IMG/VR virus record: IMGVR_UViG_3300025139_000037
Coordinates: 1-36,469 of that record
Reading direction: 5' to 3' (one strand)
Origin: a virus
Taxonomy: Duplodnaviria > Caudoviricetes
DNA: 36,469 nt
The position numbers and the translations under genes were made by a program. Positions 9,000 through 17,183 of the stretch are shown one piece after another. A model generated the notes under the pieces. The model was not told the origin of the DNA, did no database searches, and worked only from the letters and a program-made list of their open reading frames with translations. The stretch's first letter is position 1; every line of letters starts with the position of its first letter.

Positions 9000-9292
9000 T
9001 TCCTACCAGCATGGTCCCGTATCGTATCCATAAGCACAAGCTTTTTGATACGACCACCATCAACTTGCCTCTCGGCACTCAAGTCATGCACGTCGGGCTT
9101 GACCCGAACGGCACAAAATGCCTGTGGGCTCTGGAGCCACAGCATGGCAAGGACATCGAAGAACGGACATTCGAAATCCGCGCCACCGGTGAAGAGGTTA
9201 CGAATATGCACCACTACCACGGGACGATCCTCGACGATCCCTTCGTCTGGCACATCTTCGAATACAACCCAACCGGACGGATGATCTGGTAA
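8996..9292 (+). CDS. Hypothetical phage protein
   Basis: ATGA overlap; LP.G..V.HVG...CLWA...R.F....TG...GT....FVWH.FE pattern of a common phage family. Confidence 0.8.
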   Translation: MIPTSMVPYRIHKHKLFDTTTINLPLGTQVMHVGLDPNGTKCLWALEPQHGKDIEERTFEIRATGEEVTNMHHYHGTILDDPFVWHIFEYNPTGRMIW

Positions 9293-9414
9293 TGTCGGAC
9301 ACCCTCATTTCGATCGGTTACGCTCTCCTTGCATCCTGTCTCATCTGGAGCTTGGGACTGACCTACGTCGCATGGCGGCGTGACCGCGACGAACAGCGTT
9401 ACAAGGATAACTGA
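9292..9414 (+). CDS. Small membrane protein, 40 aa (MSDTLISIGYALLASCLIWSLGLTYVAWRRDRDEQRYKDN), not in the ORF track
   Basis: TAATG overlap; single TM segment followed by a charged tail; ends 1 nt before the serS start. Confidence 0.65.
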   Translation: MSDTLISIGYALLASCLIWSLGLTYVAWRRDRDEQRYKDN

Positions 9415-9415
9415 C

Positions 9416-10663
9416 TTGCACGACATTCGCATGATCCGGGCAGACCCGGCCGAGTTTGATCGCCAGATGGCGCGACGAGGGCTTGATCCTGTCGCGTCCG
9501 AAATCCTGTCGCTGGACGAATACGTTCGACATCACAAGGCACGCGCACAAGAACTCCTCGCCGATCGGAACCGGATCACCAAGGAAATCGGGATGGGCAT
9601 GGTGCATTCGGCATGGACGGAAATCGCCAAGGCGAAAGTGCGGGAACTCAACGAGAAGATCAAGCGCGAAGAAGAACACATAGCGATCTACGAAGGGGAC
9701 CTCAACCAGCTTCTGTGCGAGCTTCCCAACATTCTCGACAAGTTCGTCCCGGTGGACAATCAGGCGACCCTTTACGAGCCCACGATTCCGCTCTTCGAAC
9801 CCAAGGATCACGCCACACTAGGCGCAAAGATCGGCTTCGAACCGGAGACTGGTGCGGCGCTGGCCGGATCGCGGTTCCCCTTCCTGCGTGGTGACATGGC
9901 CCGGCTGCACCGAGCCGTGGGGCAGTTCATGCTTGATACCCATATCAGCGTGGGCGGCTTCATCGAATGCATCCCACCTGTGATCGTCAATGAGGACGCC
10001 ATGTTTGGCACGGACAAGCTTCCCAAGTTCTCTGAGGACAGCTTCAAGGTGCCGGGCGGTTGGCTGATTCCGACTGGTGAGGTGCCGTTGGTGGCGAGCG
10101 TCGCCGACCGCATCCTCAATGGTGAAGAGCTTCCGATCCGAATGGTGGCACTGACCCAGTGCTTCCGTTCGGAAGTAGGATCGCTGGGCCGGGATGCGAC
10201 TGGGTTACTGCGTCAACACCAGTTCGAGAAGGTCGAACTGGTCAGCATCACGCGCCCCGAAGATAGCGCCGCTGAGCATGACTTCCTTCGCGGTTCGGCG
10301 ATCTCGATCTTGGACAAGCTCGAACTACCGTATCGGCTGGTCCTTCTGAGTGAAGAAGAGACTGGTTTTGGTGCTGCTATCACCTATGATCTGGAGGTAT
10401 GGTTCCCCGGTATGAAGCGGTGGGTTGAAGTGGCTTCGTGTTCGAATTGTGGCGACTTTCAAGCGCGGCGTATGAACACGCGCTACAAGGAACATCACAA
10501 GGACAAGGCGAAGTTCGTTTACACCCTCAACGCGTCTGGACTGGCCGTCGGCCGCACCGTCGCAGCCATCATCGAGAACTACCAGCACGATGATGGGTGC
10601 ATCACGATCCCGCCGCCGCTTCGCCGATATTTCGACGATGCGCGCATCATCATACCCAACTGA
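9416..10663 (+). CDS. serS: Seryl-tRNA synthetase (class II aaRS)
   Basis: TTG start after AAGGA giving MHDIRMIR; N-terminal coiled-coil arm; motif 2 FRSEVGSLGRDATGLLRQHQFEKVELV; TYDLEVW; SCSNCGDFQARR; motif 3 TLNASGLAVGRT; ENYQ. Confidence 0.95.
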   Translation: MHDIRMIRADPAEFDRQMARRGLDPVASEILSLDEYVRHHKARAQELLADRNRITKEIGMGMVHSAWTEIAKAKVRELNEKIKREEEHIAIYEGDLNQLLCELPNILDKFVPVDNQATLYEPTIPLFEPKDHATLGAKIGFEPETGAALAGSRFPFLRGDMARLHRAVGQFMLDTHISVGGFIECIPPVIVNEDAMFGTDKLPKFSEDSFKVPGGWLIPTGEVPLVASVADRILNGEELPIRMVALTQCFRSEVGSLGRDATGLLRQHQFEKVELVSITRPEDSAAEHDFLRGSAISILDKLELPYRLVLLSEEETGFGAAITYDLEVWFPGMKRWVEVASCSNCGDFQARRMNTRYKEHHKDKAKFVYTLNASGLAVGRTVAAIIENYQHDDGCITIPPPLRRYFDDARIIIPN

Positions 10664-10675
10664 TAAGGACCTATC

Positions 10676-11113
10676 ATGCACCCCCGCCAAATCGACGCTC
10701 TGCTGATCCGACTCACGATGACGAAGCACCACTACGTCTCGCGCAAGGGCTTCAAGGGCATGGAAACCTATTCGGTCAACCCCGACGGTGCCGAAGCCGC
10801 TGCGCTCATCAAGGACCTGCTTACCGACCGCGAGCGTCTGGTCAACCGCATGAAGGAGTCCGAGGCGGATCGCGATGAATGGCGGACGACGGCCCGCGTC
10901 CGGGCCGGCGAGATCGCGCTGTTCCATATCGCTTTCGAGGAAGCCACACGGGCCTTGAAGATGGCGCACTACGCCATCGATGCGACCGACGAGATTCTGG
11001 CGGAGGCTGGGACCACCCGCGAGGAATTGCTGGAAGAGGCGCGGGCTATGCTGACCTTTTCCCGCTCGCCCTACATGAACGTCGTCTTGGACGAGCGCGC
11101 CGTCGAGCAATGA
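10676..11113 (+). CDS. Hypothetical protein
   Basis: AAGGA SD; VNPDG.EAA..I motif; coiled coil. Confidence 0.8.
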   Translation: MHPRQIDALLIRLTMTKHHYVSRKGFKGMETYSVNPDGAEAAALIKDLLTDRERLVNRMKESEADRDEWRTTARVRAGEIALFHIAFEEATRALKMAHYAIDATDEILAEAGTTREELLEEARAMLTFSRSPYMNVVLDERAVEQ

Positions 11114-11129
11114 TCTGGAAGGAACCGAT

Positions 11130-11456
11130 ATGGCACGCGAATCCGACACCCTCGATTACCACATCGAATATCTCAAGCTGACCGAAGACGAGAAGCACTA
11201 TCACCTCCTCGACGAGGCCAGCAAGGGCGAGGCTACCATCATTCGCCTCAGGATGTGGGAAAACGGTAGCATGACGCAACTCGAACTCAAGCCCGAGGCG
11301 CTGGGACCGCACTGGGACATCCTCTACGTCGAGAAGATCATCGCGCTGATGCGGGCTGCCTACGTGCAGGGCCGGGCCCACGCCCGCGCCGATCTCAGAC
11401 AAGCGCTGGGCGTCGTCGGTGGTGGCGGGTTCTCCGGCTCGGTCTATCTGCGGTAG
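11130..11456 (+). CDS. Hypothetical protein
   Basis: AAGGA SD, 108 aa. Confidence 0.75.
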   Translation: MARESDTLDYHIEYLKLTEDEKHYHLLDEASKGEATIIRLRMWENGSMTQLELKPEALGPHWDILYVEKIIALMRAAYVQGRAHARADLRQALGVVGGGGFSGSVYLR

Positions 11457-11460
11457 CCCC

Positions 11461-11796
11461 ATGATCTGGGAATATGAAGATGATCTAGCGGACATCGAAG
11501 AGACGCCGCTTACGCCGCTCCTCGCTGAACTCACCTACAAGCCGGGCTGGCGGTTCGAAACCTTCGAACGTTGGGGACGCATCTATCTGCTGATCCGGAT
11601 CGAAGCGATCGACGCGGACTGCCCGAGACAGACCATCGACCTGCGTTTTGAATACTCGCTGAGCAAAGAACACGCCGGGATCATGGAATCAAAACGCTGG
11701 GTGATCTGGCTTCGAGAACGGATCATCGAATGCGAACGCCACGAGGTGGATGAGTTCTTCCAGTTAAACGGAATCAAGGTCTTCGACCCACACTGA
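11461..11796 (+). CDS. Hypothetical phage protein
   Basis: Start re-called (MIWEYED...); TYKPGW.F ... ERHE.DEFF...G..VFDPH motif. Confidence 0.8.
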   Translation: MIWEYEDDLADIEETPLTPLLAELTYKPGWRFETFERWGRIYLLIRIEAIDADCPRQTIDLRFEYSLSKEHAGIMESKRWVIWLRERIIECERHEVDEFFQLNGIKVFDPH

Positions 11797-11807
11797 TAGG
11801 AGACTTT

Positions 11808-12026
11808 ATGTCGCGCCACATTAACCTTAACCCCCACCCACCTGAGGCCATCGAGATCACCGGGCGTAGGGGCTTGTTCCTCGAAGCGAGGGTAGGTGGG
11901 AAGACGATCACCGCTGCACGTCAAGCGGCTGGATCGTTCGCTTTCTACATCGACGGCGAGCCCGAGGAAGCTTCCAAGACATGGAATGGGGCTGTGTCTC
12001 GGCTCATGGGGTATCTGTCAGAATAA
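11808..12026 (+). CDS. Hypothetical protein
   Basis: AGGAG SD. Confidence 0.7.
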   Translation: MSRHINLNPHPPEAIEITGRRGLFLEARVGGKTITAARQAAGSFAFYIDGEPEEASKTWNGAVSRLMGYLSE

Positions 12027-12029
12027 CTG

Positions 12030-12087
12030 TTGACGAGTAGGAAGAATCGTCCTATCCGATTCTCACAACAACAGGAGATAGACAGAC
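12030..12087 (+). promoter_or_regulatory. Repeated promoter/leader/RBS element, copy 3
   Basis: TTGACG AGTAGGAAGAATCGTCC TATCCGATTC TCACAACAACAGGAGA, then ATG 12088. Confidence 0.85.
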
Positions 12088-12288
12088 ATGCTCGCAATCA
12101 AGATCAGCCTCACCATCACAATCATCGCGGCCTTCATCGCCTTCATGATGATTCTCCCTGATCGGAAGAACAAGTATTCGTCGCGCTACGAATGGTATCC
12201 CATCACGGGCGGATTGGCAGTCATCGTCGCGCTGGTCGGCGCTGTGACGACCGCTATCCTGACGATCTGGCAGGTGCTTCCGTCGTGA
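12088..12288 (+). CDS. Small membrane protein with two TM segments
   Basis: Two hydrophobic stretches separated by a basic loop. Confidence 0.8.
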   Translation: MLAIKISLTITIIAAFIAFMMILPDRKNKYSSRYEWYPITGGLAVIVALVGAVTTAILTIWQVLPS

Positions 12289-12656
12289 TCATCCCCGACG
12301 ACCTGAGCGACGCAGCGATCCTCAAGGCCATAAAGGTGATCGGATGTGGTTGGACCGTGGCGAACGTTCGCTCTCCTTGCCGCGATGACTCCTACCACAA
12401 GGCGATCATCAACGTAGCCATCTTCTGCCAGAAGGTGGACGCAGCAGCCAAGCTGGCCGATGCTGAAATTGCCGTGGAAGGACTTGAACGACATCCGGGG
12501 ACTTCGGATGCGACCGCTCGCCGGGCACTGGCTGGGATCATGGTTGACGGGCAGGAACGGAGCTTGGGAGAGGGTATCATCACCACCTCAAGTGGCTGGC
12601 TCGATGTCAACGAACTGGTAGCAGCATTGAAAGCCAAGGGGATACTGGATGCCTGA
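12285..12656 (+). CDS. Hypothetical protein
   Basis: GTGA overlap (MIIPDDLSD...). Confidence 0.7.
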   Translation: MIIPDDLSDAAILKAIKVIGCGWTVANVRSPCRDDSYHKAIINVAIFCQKVDAAAKLADAEIAVEGLERHPGTSDATARRALAGIMVDGQERSLGEGIITTSSGWLDVNELVAALKAKGILDA

Positions 12657-12915
12657 TCGTGGGCCCAGCTTCGAATGCGACACCGGCTATGGTGATGGAC
12701 TCCCGGAGCGCTATCTGGTCCCGATGGATGTCATCGCGAAATGGATCGCTGACGTGAACACCGGCCGCTGGACGTGGACGCGAAACACCCGGTGCAAGTA
12801 TGTCACCTTGTTTATTGACACCCGCGCCGGCGCTTACAGCGTCAAGGACCGTGACGGCAACCGGATCGACGGCGACACCTTGCTCTTCCAGAACGGACAA
12901 AGCGATGCTGCATGA
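12649..12915 (+). CDS. Hypothetical protein
   Basis: 88 aa ORF overlapping both neighbours. Confidence 0.75.
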   Translation: MPDRGPSFECDTGYGDGLPERYLVPMDVIAKWIADVNTGRWTWTRNTRCKYVTLFIDTRAGAYSVKDRDGNRIDGDTLLFQNGQSDAA

Positions 12916-13168
12916 ATATATCGATCCACTGATGAACCACCCGGCCTTCTTCCCGGTGTATCTGGCGATCGGCCTGACGATGGGACTTACCATCCTCAAG
13001 GTCTGGGGACCGGGTGAAGGACCTGCTGGGACGCTGATGATGATCACTGTCATGTGGGGCCCTTGCCTTCTGGTCCTCGGTCCTATCATGGTGGTGTGGT
13101 TCGTCTTCGCCGGAATCTGCGCGCTGTGCGGGCTCGAACCGGATGGAGGAGATAGTCATGGCTGCTGA
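12905..13168 (+). CDS. Membrane protein
   Basis: Start re-called (MLHEYIDP...); 2-3 hydrophobic segments. Confidence 0.7.
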   Translation: MLHEYIDPLMNHPAFFPVYLAIGLTMGLTILKVWGPGEGPAGTLMMITVMWGPCLLVLGPIMVVWFVFAGICALCGLEPDGGDSHGC

Positions 13169-13586
13169 GCGTTTACCTATCACCGACGGGCCGTGGCGTG
13201 TCGAGGCTGACATGCGGTCCGAGTCTGGTAACCACTGGCTGCATGGTCGAGAACCAGAAGAATACCTCGCCGGGTGGAACATCCACAACGGCAAGGAAGA
13301 GATTGTCGGCTGCGAGGGAATCATCCCCGGCCCTAATGCGGAAGGCGATGCGCGCCTCATGGCGGCTTCTCGTGAGCTTCTGGACGCACTGGTGGGCCTT
13401 CTGCGCCGCGACGAGGGCAACACCTGCCAGCACGAAGACACGCACCGTGGCGGCGTCCTCTGGGAGATTTGCAACCAATGCGGCGCTATGTGGGCTGACG
13501 ATGAAGGCGGGAAGCCTGAGTGGCAGGACCCGCCTGAGTGGGTGGCGGCTCGTGCTGCGATCGCCAAGGCTCTCGGCGGTGAGTAA
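13158..13586 (+). CDS. Hypothetical phage protein (T.GPW...ARL.AA..ELL.AL...ARAAIAKA family)
   Basis: GGAGGAG SD; characteristic motifs with an inserted CxH...CxxC segment. Confidence 0.8.
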   Translation: MAAERLPITDGPWRVEADMRSESGNHWLHGREPEEYLAGWNIHNGKEEIVGCEGIIPGPNAEGDARLMAASRELLDALVGLLRRDEGNTCQHEDTHRGGVLWEICNQCGAMWADDEGGKPEWQDPPEWVAARAAIAKALGGE

Positions 13587-13695
13587 CTTCCCGCCGGAGT
13601 CCTATCTCGATCGCTTCAACGCGAAGACCGCCGCTTATCTGGCCGAAATCCGTCTGGAGCGTTGGTTGGAAGAAGAGTTTGGGGATAGTGAATGA
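13579..13695 (+). CDS. Small hypothetical protein, 38 aa
   Basis: GTG start overlapping the upstream stop; fills the gap (MSNFPPESYL...). Confidence 0.5.
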   Translation: MSNFPPESYLDRFNAKTAAYLAEIRLERWLEEEFGDSE

Positions 13696-14081
13696 AAAGA
13701 TCAACTGACTATACTGACCCATTTTCTCTTGAACTTTTGAAGTTGAAGATACAATCCTTTTCGACCCACCAGAAGATATTCTTCTCGGCGTTCGTAATGG
13801 ATAAAGGTTTGATGAAGCCTACCGGGTTCAATGCTTGGTTGATTTGGAAGCTTATCACCAGAGCTTCAAAATTAAAGAAGATGGACCGAAAAGTCTTCTA
13901 CATTATGCTGTGCGGTAAATCCGAACACGGCCTGCGCATGGCTATGGACACCATGGACCAGACTTGCGCTTGGCTTATCGATGGAAAAGATATGACGTGC
14001 AGTAAATCAGCGGGAGGGTTCAATGCTTATGAGATCAAGCAGTTGGACGCGATTGTTGAGAGCGTGGGTATGATTTCATGA
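13692..14081 (+). CDS. Hypothetical protein (AT-rich)
   Basis: ATGA overlap, 129 aa. Confidence 0.7.
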   Translation: MKRSTDYTDPFSLELLKLKIQSFSTHQKIFFSAFVMDKGLMKPTGFNAWLIWKLITRASKLKKMDRKVFYIMLCGKSEHGLRMAMDTMDQTCAWLIDGKDMTCSKSAGGFNAYEIKQLDAIVESVGMIS

Positions 14082-14497
14082 GCAGTTACATTAAAAAACC
14101 CCATGGGATGGTGATCGGCCGGAGCAACAACTTTTTCTACCGAGATGAAGACGGTGACATGCGGAATTTTCCCTGCATTGTCAGTATTTCCGAACTCTAT
14201 TTTGACAATTACACCTCTCTCCACGCCGGCATCCGATCGACTGCTGAGCAGTTGCTGTTCGACTCGGTTCTGGTCCCTGATGGGACGATGGGCGGGCACA
14301 TATTCCACAAGACGATGTATCGTCTTCGTCCCTACTGGATTGGCTGGCTGGATGAAAACTGTCCCGGTTGGGGATACCCACCTGTGGAAAACTCGGACCC
14401 TGTTCCATCGATCTTCTTTTCGATGTATCGCCATGCCAAGGCGTTTACCGAACACGTCGCCGAAGTCTTGAAAGGGGAGCGCTACCTACATGATTGA
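14078..14497 (+). CDS. Hypothetical protein
   Basis: ATGA overlap, 139 aa. Confidence 0.7.
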   Translation: MSSYIKKPHGMVIGRSNNFFYRDEDGDMRNFPCIVSISELYFDNYTSLHAGIRSTAEQLLFDSVLVPDGTMGGHIFHKTMYRLRPYWIGWLDENCPGWGYPPVENSDPVPSIFFSMYRHAKAFTEHVAEVLKGERYLHD

Positions 14498-14687
14498 TCG
14501 TGACAAACCACTGACGATCAACGATCTGGTGGAAAACCTCAAGATCACAGCGGGGTTCACAGCATGGCGCTGGGGCAATGAGAACAAACTGACTATCAAG
14601 CTGGTCTACGATGACATCGAGATCGCTGAGGAGTCAGTCTACATCGAGCCTGCGGGCTACGCAAAAGAGGAGACAGACGAATGGTAA
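14490..14687 (+). CDS. Hypothetical protein
   Basis: GGGGAG SD. Confidence 0.7.
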   Translation: MIDRDKPLTINDLVENLKITAGFTAWRWGNENKLTIKLVYDDIEIAEESVYIEPAGYAKEETDEW

Positions 14688-14968
14688 AGCGCACCGCCAG
14701 TGTTACCGTGGTTCACACGATCGACATCGAGATCGATGAGTCGAAGTTCACTGAGGAGTTCATGGAAGAGTTCCGTGGATACTTCTACCCGTTCTTCGAC
14801 CTTGAGGACCACATCGAACACATCGGGCAACTCCAAGCTCGGGGAGTGATCGATCTGGAGTTCAACCCCAAGGAGTTCATCGAAGGATATGGCCCGGCCA
14901 ATGAGATGGGCATCAAGCTCATCCGGACCGCTGTCGAAGTGGATGATGTTTCATATGTTGCTGCGTGA
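14681..14968 (+). CDS. Acidic hypothetical phage protein
   Basis: GAGGAG SD; IDESKFTEEFMEEF...F...H..H..QL.ARG...FIEGYG motif. Confidence 0.8.
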   Translation: MVKRTASVTVVHTIDIEIDESKFTEEFMEEFRGYFYPFFDLEDHIEHIGQLQARGVIDLEFNPKEFIEGYGPANEMGIKLIRTAVEVDDVSYVAA

Positions 14969-15236
14969 CATTACGAACTGGTTGAGTGGTGAACCCTCAC
15001 GTATCCCGTTCCGGGTAGTTCACCTATGGTGGTTCTACCCTGCCATCGCTTTGTTCACCTTCGGACATTCCGCCGCCAACTACCCCGTCTACGACGCGTG
15101 GCAGACTGATGCGGACATCCAAGCCGGGATTCCCAAGGAGGAAGACAGGGTTATGACAGGAATCAAGAGCCTTTTTGCCGGGGTTCTGTGGCCGCTTTAT
15201 TGGTCGTGGGAGGGAATGGAACATGCTTCTGCGTGA
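14955..15236 (+). CDS. Membrane protein, tandem paralog 1 of 3
   Basis: MLLRDITNW...TFGH...WPLYWSW. Confidence 0.8.
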   Translation: MLLRDITNWLSGEPSRIPFRVVHLWWFYPAIALFTFGHSAANYPVYDAWQTDADIQAGIPKEEDRVMTGIKSLFAGVLWPLYWSWEGMEHASA

Positions 15237-15543
15237 CATCCTGAACTGGGTGATCGGAACCCCAACCATCGGTGATGAGCGCTCTCACCAGCGCTTCTAC
15301 AGCCGCCGAGACCTGTGGGAGAAGCGAGCCTATCTCTGGTGGCTCTACCCGGTGATCGGGCTCTACACCTTCGGGCATTGTGCGACCAACTATCCGGTCA
15401 TGGATATGAGGCACTGGAGTAGTTCTTCGGATGAAGCCCCAAAGGAAGAACGTGACAGCTTCACGACGGCTGCAAAAGCAACCGCCGCCGGTGTAGCTTG
15501 GCCGATGTATTGGACATGGGAGGTAATGGACGATGCTTCGTGA
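15223..15543 (+). CDS. Membrane protein, tandem paralog 2 of 3
   Basis: MLLRDILNW...TFGH...WPMYWTW. Confidence 0.8.
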   Translation: MLLRDILNWVIGTPTIGDERSHQRFYSRRDLWEKRAYLWWLYPVIGLYTFGHCATNYPVMDMRHWSSSSDEAPKEERDSFTTAAKATAAGVAWPMYWTWEVMDDAS

Positions 15544-15775
15544 CATCATCAACTGGTGGCGTTACGACCTCCAGTTCAGCTACAAGGGAATGTCCTTCAA
15601 GTCCAAGGTGAAGGCTTATATCTGGATCGCAATCCTGACTTTTGGATTCACCTGTGCCGCTCAACCTGTAATAGCTCCAAACGGGAACGACGTGACCGGG
15701 TTTGTTTCCATTTTCAAGGCACTGGGATGGCCTATGTTCTGGTCATATCAATGCTTCGACTGGCTCCTCAACTAG
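15533..15775 (+). CDS. Membrane protein, tandem paralog 3 of 3
   Basis: MLRDIINW...TFGF...WPMFWSY. Confidence 0.8.
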   Translation: MLRDIINWWRYDLQFSYKGMSFKSKVKAYIWIAILTFGFTCAAQPVIAPNGNDVTGFVSIFKALGWPMFWSYQCFDWLLN

Positions 15776-15784
15776 GGAAAACTC

Positions 15785-16096
15785 ATGATGGCACTGCAAC
15801 CCGCTGACGCGCTCGATCTCAAGTTCTACGACGGAGATTCCGGATCGATGATGACGATCCGCGCTTACTTCAAGGCACAGCTTTCCGCGCTGTGGGAGGA
15901 AGGTGAAAGCTTTTCCGGCAAGAGGCCGTTCGGTAATTCGGGGTGGGAAAGCGTTCTCTCCGGCGTGCTTATCCAGCACCACTGCATCCCCGGCACGATC
16001 GATGAAGACGAGTCCGATGAGGACTTCATTGAAGTCATCGACTACGACCGTGACGCCTATGAAGTGTTCGTCCAGAAGATGATCGAGGCACTGTGA
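15785..16096 (+). CDS. Hypothetical phage protein
   Basis: TIR.Y....L..LWEEGE.FSGKRPFGNSGWE motif seen in phage proteins. Confidence 0.8.
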   Translation: MMALQPADALDLKFYDGDSGSMMTIRAYFKAQLSALWEEGESFSGKRPFGNSGWESVLSGVLIQHHCIPGTIDEDESDEDFIEVIDYDRDAYEVFVQKMIEAL

Positions 16097-16719
16097 CCAC
16101 TCACCCAGCGTTCGGCCAGATCAGCGCCAGCCGGGTGAACGGCCGCACCAACCTCTACGGGTCGGATTTCAGCCACGATGGATTCATCACCATCACTATC
16201 AAGGCGAGCGAGTTGAACCGCGACCTGTCGCGGGACTGGCACTACGAGCGCGAGCAACTGATTCAGGTGGCGCTCTCGGAAGCGCAGTGGGCGACTTTCG
16301 TATCATCCCTCAACGGCAGCGGTGTGCCTTGCACTCTGGAATGGATCACCGGTGTGGGTCGTCTACCGATGCTGCCGAATCCCAAAAGCCGGGCCGACCA
16401 GTTTGGCAAGGAGTTCCAGAAGGACTTCGATGAAGCCCTGACGGCTCTTGATGAATTGGAAACGGCGCTGCAATCCTGCGGCTTGTCGCAGAAGAAGATG
16501 GACGGCTTGATGGCAAAGGCGCGGACCGCCAAGGCCAAGATCAATTCGTCGGCACCTTTCGTTGTGGACCAGTTCGGGGATCACATGGAAAACGAGATGG
16601 AGCGCGCCAAGGTCGAAATCCACGGCTACTTCCAGAACCTTATCCAGCGTGCTGGTGTCGCCGCGCTCGCGGGGCCTAACGATCCCATCACTCTCGCCCT
16701 CGAAGAGGACATCGACTAA
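16093..16719 (+). CDS. Conserved hypothetical phage protein
   Basis: HPAFG.I..SRV.G...LYGSD..H...SEAQWA.FVSS.NG.GVPCT motif. Confidence 0.85.
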   Translation: MTTHPAFGQISASRVNGRTNLYGSDFSHDGFITITIKASELNRDLSRDWHYEREQLIQVALSEAQWATFVSSLNGSGVPCTLEWITGVGRLPMLPNPKSRADQFGKEFQKDFDEALTALDELETALQSCGLSQKKMDGLMAKARTAKAKINSSAPFVVDQFGDHMENEMERAKVEIHGYFQNLIQRAGVAALAGPNDPITLALEEDID

Positions 16720-17183
16720 TGCTCATCATCACGATCGGCTGTCCCGGTGCCGGAAAATCGACTTGGGCTGACAAGAATCTGAGCCCTGATACACTGCGTC
16801 TCGAACGGGACCGGTTTCGCGAAGCCTTATGGGGCAGCCGCCGCGCCTATCATGACAGCACGATCGATCGCGAAGTGCGTTCACGGGTCATCACCCAGAC
16901 CATGCTCAGCGCTATGGAAAGCTGGCCGATCCATGACTGGGCTGTGACCGATACCGGCCTTGCTTACGAGGCTGTGCAGCCATTCATCTATATGGCTGGT
17001 CGTCTGCGTCAGGAGATCAAGCTGATCATCGTTGAGCGCAAGCCCGACTTCCTGCTAACCTGCAACCGCATCCGCCCACACGCGCACCGCATCCCGGAAG
17101 AAATTCTTCTGGCTAAGATCGCTGAGTTCGAAGACCCGAACGCTTGGTGGCGTAAGTCGGATTACGATCGGCTTTACGTATGA
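16719..17183 (+). CDS. Polynucleotide kinase-like P-loop kinase (kinase domain only)
   Basis: IITIGCPGAGKSTWA Walker A plus RD.FR, as in the T4 PseT kinase domain; lid motif CN..R...IPE; no HAD phosphatase domain. Confidence 0.8.
   Translation: MLIITIGCPGAGKSTWADKNLSPDTLRLERDRFREALWGSRRAYHDSTIDREVRSRVITQTMLSAMESWPIHDWAVTDTGLAYEAVQPFIYMAGRLRQEIKLIIVERKPDFLLTCNRIRPHAHRIPEEILLAKIAEFEDPNAWWRKSDYDRLYV

Noticed and set aside
9380-9415. GTG 9380 as the SerRS start
   Set aside because: It overlaps the 40-aa membrane ORF; TTG 9416 has an SD and gives the family-typical MHDIR N-terminus
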